DNA of 49,166 nt from the NCBI RefSeq assembly GCF_001194135.2, contig NC_068993.1, positions 20,408,970 to 20,458,135 of the forward strand, given 5' to 3'. Each line of letters opens with the position of its first letter. The first letter of the stretch is position 1. The stretch is from Octopus bimaculoides (lineage: Eukaryota). The position numbers were made by a program, and so were the translations under genes. Below are positions 34,776 through 47,282 of this stretch, piece by piece. The notes beneath the pieces are model-generated. The model was not told the origin of the DNA and searched no databases. It saw nothing but the letters and a program-made list of their open reading frames with translations.

Positions 34776-36959
34776 GACACAAGGAAACAGATCCAAGGAT
34801 AGAGATATTGGTGGTCTCTTTATCTTCAATACCAAGCTACTATTTATTTAATCTACTTCTCCTCTCCCCAGATTGTGAAGAAGTGGCTTAATTAATTACT
34901 GTATGATATTTACATCAACACTATTGTTTTTGTTTTTTTCTATTGACGATAATAAATATAATTATAGAAACATTTTTTAATTGTGAGAGCACGATAAAAG
35001 TCATGATAATGATTTTTTTTTTCATTATTTGTTCTGAGCTTGAGGTTGAAATGTAAATTGTTATCCTAAATTGTTTTTACTGCGGCAAAACATATATATT
35101 TTTAGCTACATAGTAATTGTGCAAAACATTTCTAAAGAACATGTATTGGAATAGATCTAACTGTACATCAGAGGAAGCCATGTTGACTACCTCATGCCAG
35201 AACAAGTGTTTGCTATATATTATAAGAGTCAGAAAGCAATGCACATATCATCATCATCCTCATCATTTAGTTCTGCTCTTCTCTGCTGGTAAGGGCTAGC
35301 TGGGTCATCATAGTGTGTGAAGGGTTTTTTTCTTTTTCGTTTGTTTTATTTACCGACCCACATCATAGAGGTAATAAGAAGGTGTTCTTATTACCAACCA
35401 CTTATCAGAGTGTGGTAGGTGTATTTTATTGACACCAGCACCACAGAGATTGTTTTGGTAGAGATTCAAATGAAAAGGTTATAGAAGAGAGTGTTGTATG
35501 GCTGTGCATTGCTTAGATTGAGCTGGTCAATGATGATATACTTCAAATGCCTGAGTCGCCATAGTTAGGATGGATGGCTTTATTATTGAGGTAGTGTATG
35601 TGCAGTGTCATTGGTTGCATCAATGATAACTGAAGCAAGCTCATGATTGTTAGCTCTAATATTTATTGCTGGACAGAATAGTTTTAGTGTTGGCTATTTA
35701 CAATTGGCAATATTAATAATTGTCAACTGGGAGGAGAGAAAAACTGCTTTGTGAATGTAGAAAGTTATCTGTAACATTATGTGGTGTGAACGAGTGCCTG
35801 GAGTTGTCAGTGCAAATGGTCGAGGTGGCCTATTGGCTGTCTGCTTGGCTGAGGTGATGTGTGTCAGTCGGTCAGCTGACCTCAACACTCTGCAATGAGT
35901 TAAATGCCAAAATGTTTTTATGTGGTGACAGCAGGTGAATTCTAGAACATTCGAGAAAGCCATATCATGCCACGGTTTTTAAATCAATCACGTGAAACTG
36001 GTGGCTCATTTGTATTGCTTAACCGAGTACCGCAGTGGTTAGAGTTCGAATCCCTGCTACAAGAGTAAAAGAAACAAATCAGGGTGCTAGGAGTAAGATG
36101 TTGATGGAAGCGAGAAAGTGTGTTGTTGATAGAAAAAAAGGCTAATGGCGGACAGTGTGAAGCAAGTACTTAATAGTTAGGTGATGTAAGAAGAAATAAT
36201 GTGAAAGTAACAGAGTGATGCAAGAGAGAAGTTGCTGGACAGTATTGGAAGTGAGAGAGAGAGAGAGAGTGTGTAAGAGTGATGGATATCAATAATGAAT
36301 GATATGGAATAGAAGGGATTGCAAAAATGCTCTGATTCATGAAATATGTATAAATTGCTGAATTTTTCCAATTTTATATTTGCTGATACAAAATGGAACA
36401 ATTATGAATAATAAAAAGATGAAATATTTAAAAAATTTATTTTTTTATGTGTGTCTGATTATTAAATGAAAAAATTGATTCAGTTTTAATCAAATGATAA
36501 TGATAACTAAATGACAACATGGAAATGTTTCTGTACATACTTGAATGTATTTTGAACTAATTATTGAATTCGTTAATATATGAATAAAATTGTTCCCTAC
36601 AACTATGTATTTGAACTGATTTTTATTGCATTTTGTTTTTTGTGTAACTCAAAACCTTTTTCATTAAATATAGCTCAGATGCATGTTTAATATCCAAGTA
36701 AAATGATTACATAAAAAAAATCTTTAGGCTTTAGTAATTTCTCATATACATGATTTGTATACTCAATCAAACAAACAGGACAAACAAAGGTGGCAACTAA
36801 TTATTAAGGAATTGCATGTAACAAAGGGTAGTAGTGATACACACAAATAAAGTTAAATAGATGAGATATCAATCATAATAATTGTTTGCACTCAAAAAAC
36901 CATGGTACAAAGAATTAAGAGACATGAGAACATTCAATGAATACAAACTCGTGTTGTAG

Positions 36960-38550
36960 TTATGGTTATTTGAAGGCCCTTTGCTGATATTGAGAAAGTG
37001 TCATCCCCCTTCTCTCTTGAGACTGTATTTGACATGCTGCAGCATGCGTTTGGTTATCTTTGGAAAGTGCCATGTCCCTTCTATATTGAGACTCCATCTG
37101 ATGTGCTGCAGCATGCCTTTGCTGATGTTGAGAAAGTCTCTTGTCCCTTATCTCTTGAGACTCTCGTCTTTGGTTTTCTGCACTCCTCCTTGCTTTATAG
37201 GTGTTTCCAGAGAGATTACGGTTTTTCCTTGGTGGCATATTTTTTTCAAAATTTTAAACAAAAAATTATGAACATAGAAAAAAAATATACATTAATTTCT
37301 ATTTTTGTAAGCAGTTGCATGTATGTAGTATGTCTAAATTTTTGTATGCAGTGTAAATTAACCAAATATAAGCAAATTGTAAATACCTTGCAACCTTGTA
37401 ACTGTTGTAATAATTATGAACTGTTAATGAATGGTAGATGTGTATTTTTATATAAGCTGGGCCTTCCACATAATTGTTATTTGTCAAGAGTTTCACCTCC
37501 AGCCATTCTCGTCACATATGTATATGTATGTGTGTGTTTAATAACATACGTAATGGGAGTGCAAACGCACATATACACTCAGACATACTCATATACAAAG
37601 TGTGACGATATGCACACATACACTCTCACATACAGTCACTTACATATAGTAAGAGAGACATACATTCACGTATGTCAGTTGTCATGTGTATATGTATGTG
37701 TATATTTAATAACGTACCTCACGTGGAAACACACAGTCAGAGAGGCATACACATTCATACATACACTCAGAGACACATACACACTCATATATGTGATGTT
37801 GTCGTCTTAGTGGTATAAAATGTCCTTTATTATCTCGTACATATCGAGCGCAGACACAAAAGTGAAACAATATTATAGTTTTAACACATTAGAACTAAAA
37901 GTAAAACGATATTATACTACACAAGGAAATCAGTTTGTATACAGAAATTACAAATGCCATTTCAGCGTATAAAGCTGTATAAGAAAATAGCTTGAGTGAA
38001 AAGACTTAAGCCATGCATGAATGCTCAGTGGCATGGTTGAATTCTCATTTGGTTACTATTGAGGGCTTATCGGTTGAATCACAACGGTTTTCGATAGAGG
38101 GGTAAATGTAAATAGTGTATTTAAATAGACGGAGTGCAAACATTTTTTAATAAGTAATGTAGGAGAGAACGCACAAATAGTGTGAAGACAAAGGTATTTA
38201 CGCACGACAAAATTGAAATACACTGAAGTCAATTTCCAGAGAGTGAGTGAAAGAAACGAAGACTTAGAGAGAGCAAATATTGAAAAGATAAATAGAGACA
38301 GAGAAGGGAGAGAATCTCTTGAAAACTACAGAAGTCAAAGGGAGAGAATCGCTTGAAGACTGCAATTGTTAGAGAAAAAACCCATGTGAAACATCTTTTT
38401 TGCTGGTCGGTTTCTCGCAGTACACGGGGGCTTGGGCAAAATGTTATAGTGCATGACCATCCTTGACGCATAATTAATGAATTAATGTGTGTGTAAAGTT
38501 TGAAAATCGGCTAAAAACTGTAGAAATGCATACGTACTACAAACACATCT
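36960..38550 (-). mobile_element. Helitron 5' fragment
   Basis: The minus-strand start TCTATATATCTAAAGC at ~38548 resembles a Helitron 5' end. ORF 37238-36966 MPPRKNRNL...RDKRLSQHQQRHAAA repeats resemble the RepHel N-terminus. No Rep or helicase core is visible. Confidence 0.55.
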
Positions 38551-40249
38551 TTGCTTTAGATATATAGATTGTATAAAAAATTGTTAAAATATTGTATGTA
38601 TTGTAGAAGTATAACCTATTTATTGGACATAAATTTTAGTAACAAAATCTTACACGGAACCCAGTTGAGAAGCACTGATTTAAACTGTGCTGTCTCACAC
38701 ACATGTAGTAATTGATAAATCGTTGGCATTCTATAGTTGTAGCTTTACTACATGTAATCTACTAGGATATTGGTGAAAAAGGTTAAAAACTGCTTTAACA
38801 ATATTCTGCCTCATTGTTGTTAACCTTGTCGTCCTTGGCAGAAGGCGAGTGTTGTGGTGTTCATACCTTTTTCAGGAATATAAGTGGTGTTGATGGAAAG
38901 AGATTACTACAGATTGAAATTAAGCTCACCAGGAACTTGCCTCTATTTTAAGTTATTTGCCTTTGAACAGGACTACTGGGGTCATTGATTTTGGTGTTTC
39001 ATTTGCAACTAAAGATACTGAAAAAGTTGGGTGCTAAGTTAGTGTTGATATTTTAAAATGCATAGAACAATAAAAACCAGTCAGAAACACATGTGCAATG
39101 AGAAAAAAATGTATTAGTCAATGTATATGGCAACTTTTGATCAGCAAATTATAGCCTTCACTGAAGTTGTGATCACAGGATTATACATTTGTTGATATGA
39201 GGAAAAGATTTTGTTTAGAATTAACTGAGATATCATATATATGAAGAACGATTGTTTAATTTAACATATTTAAGGTATTGAGTATTAAAAAACTGATCTG
39301 AAAATTCTTGCTGCCGATCAAAGCAAACTATCTACTCTCAAGATTGCGAAACCGTCGAAACAAAGTGTCCACAATGGTTCGATGGGAACCAAGTGAGGTG
39401 TGCTGCATTGCTGCTAGATCGCTTCCAACACCCAGCTCATCAGTACCTTGTCCCTCAAGTGAAAAACTCTGCCGCTTGGCTTTTGATTTCTGCTCACATC
39501 AGCGTTTTCATCAACTTGAAGGGATGTTGTTGTCCTTAGAGCCGAGGAACCTTCAAGCAAGCAAGTATTTGTTGTGTCAAGGACTAAAGGTTGAGTTTTA
39601 CTGCTTCAACAGACTAAAGGTTGGGGGTCTACTGCTTCAACGTCTAGGTGATGTTTGTTACACATTAACCTTATCAAGTTAAGAAAATGTGTGAAACTTT
39701 AATATGCTTACATTGAAAAACGCCCTCATTCATTTAACACTTGCACATCCTACACCCATACATATGTGCTATAAGACCAGATAGTTTCATATTTACAGAA
39801 AGCTGACTACAAAGTTTAGCATGGACAAAAGACAGTTGTTCTGGAGATCAAAACATATACTTCAACTTTTAGCATTTAATAACCCTATAAAAAAACTTAA
39901 GTGAGATCTACAAAGGAATATTGCTTTCAGAACTGGGATAGTGCTGTTGTTATCCTAGACTGCCGGAAAAAAAGCCAACAGTATGTTATGAAGATGATTG
40001 CCAAAACAATTCAGATTGTGGCTCATAGACATACTAGTCTTCTTATTGACTTTTCTATCATTATTACAGTGGATTCTATTTCTCAGAGATTACTGGTGTT
40101 GTGCCACACATGCACACATACACTCAAGCTATCCTGACTCGTCTGTCATCACTGATATTGTGTCTGCTACCCAACATCCGGCCCCACACTAATCATTTCC
40201 CCCAGTCTTTTCTCCTCAGAAGATCAGCTTTCTGGAGTTCTTTTGCTCA

Positions 40250-40680
40250 TGTCTCACCAAAAAACGACCTCGACCAGTGAAATGTGGCCCCTCTCTGCTA
40301 TGGTCTTGATGGTGTGATGATGCCTCTCCACAACCCCATTGCCACTTGGCCGGTATGCTGCCCTGATGAAATGGCTAACATGCCACTTGTCGAGCATTTC
40401 CCCCAGCACCTCTGAACGAAATGCAGTGCCATTGTCCGCAAGCAGCTCATCCACTGGGCGTCGTTTTAGGAATATCTCATTTAGTATTCTTGTGATTTAC
40501 TCTGTGGTCTCCGTCTTCATCTCCCTCCATATGGCCAACCACCCTGGTCCGCAGTCGACCATCGAAAGGTATGTCCCCTGCTGGCAGTGTGTCACGTCCA
40601 CTGCCAGTCATTTCCAGTTGTGTTCTACTGGAATGCTTCCTACCTCATGCACACCCGGAAATGGATTTACAAGAAATTCA
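40250..40680 (-). mobile_element. Ty3/Gypsy integrase remnant
   Basis: LAVDVTH...LLADNGTAF...NGVVERHH (D-D-E) with in-frame stops. Confidence 0.85.
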
Positions 40681-41389
40681 GTCTGAAGTTCGGGGTTTGA
40701 TGATTTATAACAATATTCCAGAAGAGGATGAAATGTTTGTACTTCACTAAAAACAATAAGTAAATAAATAAACTTTTGATAACTAAAAACATTGGTTTCC
40801 TTTTACAACTTTTTCCTTTTACATGAGGACATTGGACGTTTTTGTCTTTCTTGGATTTTTTCTGCAAAAATATAAGACACCCACCAAAAATAAGCCCTAG
40901 TGCCCTGTCCATTTTAGTTGACTGAAATTAATTGCATTTTGTTATCAGTAAGACATGCCAGCTAATGTTATAATTCAACAAAATTTTAGAAATCTGGCGC
41001 CAAGATATTAATCAGTCTATTGTTTTGATGATATATATGATATCGTGCTGTATGTGGACTCAAGTATATAAACACTTGTCCACAAGCAGCATTGTATCTT
41101 ATATATCATTTCCACAATAGAACAATTGTTATCTTACTTGGAGTCAGATTTCAACAAACTGGGAGAACAGAGTGTGATTAATTTTACTCTACAAGAATAA
41201 ACATTTCCTTCATCAACTTAAGTGAAACTGTACCATTAAAACATTTCCCTTTTAAGGAATGTATATGTAAAAAAATAACACTCCTTTTTCCAAGCTGAGA
41301 TTCGAAACCAAATCTAAGGATTCTCACTCGTCTGATCCACCACTGGCCAAACAGGCATGAAGGAAAATTCTTTGTCCAGTCAAAAAGTG

Positions 41390-41745
41390 ATGGATGGATT
41401 TCTCTTCGACCTCCGACCTGAGCTGTGTCATTTAAGGTTCAAGTGGAATGGAAGCAACCTACATAGGTAGAAATTACTCCTGTGGTATGTCTGTCCTTCT
41501 AGCTGGGATGACCATTATAAATACAGTCAGACACATGACAGATAACCAGACAGCCAGCAAGAGGCAAACAGTCGACAGACAGCAGTTAATTTGCACCAGT
41601 CAAGCAACCAACACTGAACCACATATTCAGCATGAATGACACAACACAGTAGCAGTCGCAGAACATTAACAGACATGACCGAATGACCAACACACACACA
41701 CACAGATACAAAACATGTCTGGTTCTACCTCATCACACTAACACA
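41390..41745. repeat. LTR-like dispersed repeat, copy 2
   Basis: Inverted copy of 2325-2650; lies near the Gypsy integrase remnant at 40250-40680. Confidence 0.7.
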
Positions 41746-43133
41746 GTATTTCTCCTGTTCATTTTTTACTTCGCCAACTCAAAGCAAGTTGGTAATGTCA
41801 TGTAATGGATTTCCTTGTGTATACAACATGTAAATGCAAGGGTTGGTTAAATAAATTATTTAAACCACAATCCAATGTTTTCCCATTGTTTTACTTTGAT
41901 GTCGTCCACATGCCCATTTCATCTGCTTCTTCAACAACATCTTTTGCGAATCATCCTGCTGGATTTGCATTAATTTGAGTGTATAATCAATAGGTTTGAT
42001 TTGACCCTAAATATATCCACCCAATATAGTAGTCTTCATCTTGTTAGTCAAGCTTTATTATATATTCTTGCTCTCTTCATTATCTCATCATATGTTGGTA
42101 AAACTGTTGGCAAAATATCATTTAAAATATTCATTACCTGAAGAAATGGCATTTTGGGAAAATACGAACTTCCGTAATATCACATATTAAATTACTCAGT
42201 TGTACGTGTGTTCAAAATAAACTCAACTTTTAAAAAAATAATTATTTATTCTACTCTATGAGTGTCTCAGTGATTGAGTATGCAGGTTACTCGAAAAGAA
42301 CAACTACGACTACATAGCAGCTACAATTAATAAAAATCATGAGTTATTCACCAGTAATTTTTAACTGGAGTAATAGTAGATATCACTATGAATTTTTGAA
42401 AATACTTACATGCAATTTCTACTGTACTTTTTCTTGGAGAGCATCCAAAAAGAAAAAAAATCGTTTTGATAATTCATTTGTGAAAATTTGGATGAGTATT
42501 TTAGGAAATATGACAATTTGAATGGTAAGGAATTGGTCAAAATCTTGCCTCATTGGCTTAAGTGAATAATTAGCCATATTTGTGATGTCATATCTACGAA
42601 GCTGAAGAGATAATCGTCTTCGAATTACACAAATTAATAGTGATCATGGCATAGCAGTCAGTTATTATTTTTTCTAGTTCTTGGAAAGAGAAAAATTTTG
42701 TTTTTGGCAATTTTTAAAAATATTTATGTAAAGCCTATTTTGTTACATGTCACAAACAATTGATTTTGCAGTGTTTTCAGACCTAGTTAAATCCCAAAGT
42801 ACAAACCACAAGGACTGAAATTTTGGCACATTAGTAGTAGGGAGGAACTAAATGAATCCTGAGATTCTGGGACATGACACTGTTTCAATAAAAGTTTAAT
42901 GGACTTTTAAAAAATGGTTATAAATGGTGGAAGTTTGGATTAAATGGATTTTCTCCATTTTGATGGGCATTTTCTCATTTTTTTTTATTGATCCTGGTGT
43001 TGGAAATGACAAGGGTAAGCTTTATTCATAAGGCAATGGACAAAAAGTACCAGGAAGTTTTTTTCATTTTGGCATTCTGATGATCTTGCCAAACTGTGCA
43101 ACCCTTGCCAGCATGGAAGACAGACATTAAAAA

Positions 43134-43134
<1 letters not shown>

Positions 43135-43164
<30 letters not shown>

Positions 43165-43355
43165 CGATGATGATGATGATGGTGGTGGGGTGGTGGTGGT
43201 GATGGTGGTGGTGGTGGTGGTGGTGATGNNNNNNNNNNNNNNNNNNNNNNNNNNNNNNNNNNNNNNNNNNNNNNNNNNNNNNNNNNNNNNNNNNNNNNNN
43301 NNNNNNNNNNNNGGTGGTGGTGGTGGTGGTGGTGGTGGTGGTGGTGATGATGTTG

Positions 43356-43385
<30 letters not shown>
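43135..43385. repeat. (GAT)n/(GGT)n microsatellite spanning a gap
   Basis: Direct reading. Confidence 0.95.
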
Positions 43386-43387
<2 letters not shown>

Positions 43388-43689
43388 CTGCTTAATAAGA
43401 GCACCTGGTGAGTAATGTACAGAGTTTCAGGTCAAAGATTTTGCAAGAAATTGTTGTCATTAAGTTAATGTTATTTTTTCTTCATGGTATAATTATCCAC
43501 AATTAGATATTTTTATGCTTATTAAATATGTAAACTCTAACTTATCTGTAATAAGCCTACTTCACTGAAAAACCATCACACAACAATTCTTGCAAAGCTG
43601 AAAATGTTTCCATAAAAATTTGAAACTTAATTACCTTTTAGTCTAATGTAGTCAAACTAAGATTTAACTTTATTTCAAATCTAATGAAA

Positions 43690-44056
43690 ATTTTCATGGT
43701 TAAGAAGCTCATTTTACAACCACAGTGTTTCAGTTTCAATCTCACTGCTCAGCACCTTTGGTGAGTCTTCTGCTATAAGTTCCAGACCAACCACTGACTT
43801 GTGAGTGAATTTGGCAGATGAAAACAGTGTGTAAGTCACCACGAGTGTGTGTGTGTGTGTGTGTGCAAACGTGTCTGTGTGTGTGCAAACGTGTCTGTGT
43901 GTTGTGTGTGCATGTGTGTGCATCTTTGTATCTGTGTTTACTCATAACACTTCTTGGCAAGTGTCTTTTTACTATGAGTTCCAGACTAATCAATGCCATG
44001 TGAGTGAATCTGGCAGATAAAAACTGTGTATAAACCTGTTATATGTATGTGACCAT

Positions 44057-44145
<89 letters not shown>

Positions 44146-44330
44146 TGTGCACGTGCGCCTTTGTGTCTGTGTTTGCTCCTAGCACTGCTTGACAATCAGC
44201 GTTGGTTTGCTTATTTGGAAAAAGAGACCGATAGAATAACACTTAAAACGAAAATAAGTCAATTTGTTTGACAAAAAACCTTTCAAGGCTGTAGTCCAAT
44301 GACTGAAACATGAAAAAAGAAGATGAAAGA
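43690..44330 (-). repeat. Decayed, partly duplicated tRNA-SINE with an expanded (GA)n microsatellite
   Basis: Family head at 43700-43830, partial repeat at 43940-44035, (GA)n at 44058-44142, tail to ~44320. Confidence 0.7.
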
Positions 44331-44519
44331 ATAAACTTCACAAGAAAAATTTTTGTGCCATGGTTTTTAATGAAGCCAGTTTATTAAAGATAAGATAGTG
44401 TTTAAACATTTAATATAGTAAGCATTACAAACTTTATTAGAGATTGTTATACAATGAGTAAACTACACCATTAACTCAATGGCTAATATCATTTTAATCA
44501 TTTTAGCAGACAGAAGAGA

Positions 44520-44770
44520 CAAATCCATGCATGTTTCAGTTTTGTTGAACCACCTCAGCAAAGCATATGTTTCACTGTAGTTGACAAAGAAATGAAAAGG
44601 CAATTACTCAGAAGATATACATTACGACATTGTATATACTTAAGCATGAAAAATTTGTAGATTTAAAAAGACAAATGACTTAAGAAGACAGATTACTCAG
44701 AGACACCATCTGCACAAGAAACAATACTTAGTTCACCAAAGCTGAAGTGTTTTGAGTAGGATCCTCGTAA
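44520..44770 (+). mobile_element. Possible decayed hAT/SPIN-like transposase 5' fragment
   Basis: Frameshifted YTLRH..TKHEKF.DL-like peptide; weak recognition. Confidence 0.3.
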
Positions 44771-45792
44771 TTTCAGTTGATAATCTATTGTTCTGAAGCA
44801 AATAAGCACTACTTGAATTAGAGGTTTATAATCCCTCCTGTCTTATACCTTATAAAATGTGAACAAAATATTATAAGGGTAAAGTAATGATTAAAGCCTA
44901 ATTATTAGTGAAATTAAAAGTCAAGTTCATTGAAAGAAGTGTTTCTAAAGATGCTTCCTGTTGATACAAGTATATCATCTTTTTCCTGTTTAGAGTTTCA
45001 TTGAATGACAGGATTGGCAAAATACATTTAAATTCAGTAATTGTTATTCTTGAAGGTAGTTAGAAAACATATTATAAAGAAACATGGACAAACAAAAATC
45101 TGATATTGAAATTTAGCTTTGCTCGAGTACCAGGACCTAGGATGAAATGATTGCATATAAATTATAAATTTATGTATTGTTTTCCTCAATGCCTTTAGTG
45201 AGAAAGGAAGGCAGTGCTTATGACCACCTACAGGGTCTCCCTGAGTGATGGGGGTTGGGTGGGAGAAGAGAGAAAGACAAGTATTCTCAAGCTAATAACT
45301 TTTTCCTGAATGCTTGCAACGAAGTGGATTCTGCTAAATGCAACCATAGGGCCTGGTTGTGATGCTAAATCAAGCAATGAATTAAGTCTAATGCATACAA
45401 GCATATATTCATGCCTATATGCATGCATACATACATGAATACATACACATATACATGCATGCATGCATACATACATACATACATGCATTGCCTTGAAGGG
45501 TTTTTACCAGCTCTGGTTAAACTGTTCAACCCATGGACATTAAATGATGATGATGATGATGATATATGCATGTATGTATATTTATGTGTGCGTTTTTGCT
45601 TTTATATTTGTCTCCAGACATCACTTAGTAACTGGTGTTGGTTTGTTTACATCCCCCATAACATAGAAGTGTGATAGAATAACTATCATGGCTTGAAAAA
45701 GAAAATGTTTTGAAAATTTATGGCAGTGCTGAAGCATGGCCCCCACTTCAGTGACTGAAACATTTAAAGAATATATAGATACACACACACAT

Positions 45793-45987
45793 GTATGAAG
45801 GGGTATTGAAAGGTTCCTGGTTTTAATGGTATTGCAAAAGGCCTGACCTTCCAAGTTCTTTTACACTGAAGAACCTCTGCAATAACTGCATGGATCTGAG
45901 AAGGGAACATGTTGTATATAAACATAATTAACTGATCGTTCTGTATTTCCTTTTACCCAAAGCCAGGAACCTGTCAGCACCCCTTCC
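45793..45987. mobile_element. Tc1/mariner-type MITE
   Basis: Imperfect TIRs gaaggggtattgaaaggttcctggtttt and aaagccaggaacctgtcagcacccctt. Confidence 0.6.
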
Positions 45988-46215
45988 AGTGCTATATTGA
46001 CATTATCTCACATATACAGATTCAATAAAAAGAAATTTATAGAATATATATACCACTCCCATATACGTACATTGACACACATATGTAAAGCATAAATAAA
46101 CACAGGCACATTATGGTGAGCCAGCCTAAACACTTAGATACAGATTGTGAATGTGTGTGTGCGTGACTGCTCGTTTGCATGTCTGTTGTTGGTGTGTATG
46201 TATATAAGTTAACTA

Positions 46216-46620
46216 TATATTGGATCATCCCATAAGTAATGCAGTTTTTTAATACTTTTATTTTTCCAAATTAGATGAGCAAAGTTCATTTTTAATCTAA
46301 ATTATATTTTCCTTCATTTTTTACAATGCTCTTCCATCTATTTGATAGACTTGCAAGGCCTCCCTTCCAAAATTCACTTGTCCGTGATGAAAAATACTCC
46401 TCCAGTACTGTTCTTATCTCATCTACAGAATTCATTTTTTCCATCTAGATGCTTTTGAAGACTGCAGAATAAATGATAATCAGATGGGATAATGTTGATT
46501 TTAACAGTTATTTTTTCAAAGTTATAATGGAAGTGACAAAAGAGCATATTCTGCATATTTTGCTTTATGAGTTCAATAAAGGCAACAACACAACGGAAAG
46601 TTCAAGGAATATTATCATCC
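46216..46620. mobile_element. Rearranged mariner transposase remnant
   Basis: Minus-strand C-terminus PSDYHLF.SLQKHL (46490-46300) with a TIR-like end near 46216. Plus-strand N-terminus MEVTKEHILHILLYEFNKGNN from 46528. Confidence 0.75.
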
Positions 46621-46920
46621 CCACCAACACAATACATACAAACATACACATGCACACATACACAGACGCACACATACATATGACCAAACACATACACACA
46701 CACGACCAAACACATACACACACATTCGCACACAGAGCACCCAGACAAATACAAATCGCACACATACACATGCACACATATACACGCACCACCCTGGTAA
46801 ATATAAAAAACACACACACACAGACCCATACACACTCCACACTGAACTCAGACCACTCAAAAAAAAAAACTCCACACACAAATATAAGTACATATATATA
46901 CACACATACATAGAAACGTG

Positions 46921-46959
<39 letters not shown>

Positions 46960-47208
46960 GCACGCACACACACACACCATCTTTATCATTGTCAAAGATT
47001 CTATTTCTTAACATTTTCTTACCATTATCAAAGACTGTGTAACTGTATTTTAATACAATTATGATAACCATTTTTTAACACCACAAAGGCTACACAAAGC
47101 CTTACATTTTTCCTTTTGAAAATCTTTTTTTAAAAAATGAAACTGGTCAAGTCAATAAACATCTTTAAAAGACCTTTCCATTTTGAAACCCTCTTTCCTA
47201 TATATATG

Positions 47209-47209
<1 letters not shown>

Positions 47210-47272
<63 letters not shown>
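47210..47272. repeat. (CA)n microsatellite
   Basis: Direct reading; further CA tracts at 46925-46975. Confidence 0.95.

Positions 47273-47280
<8 letters not shown>

Positions 47281-47282
<2 letters not shown>

Noticed and set aside
36998-37810. 270-aa plus-strand ORF
   Set aside because: Antisense shadow of the Helitron-like repeats plus low-complexity sequence, with no recognisable domain.
39308-39682. 124-aa plus-strand ORF with a ~30-nt internal duplication
   Set aside because: No recognisable motif, ATG start or splice context. Probably a repeat remnant, though I cannot exclude an exon without a search.
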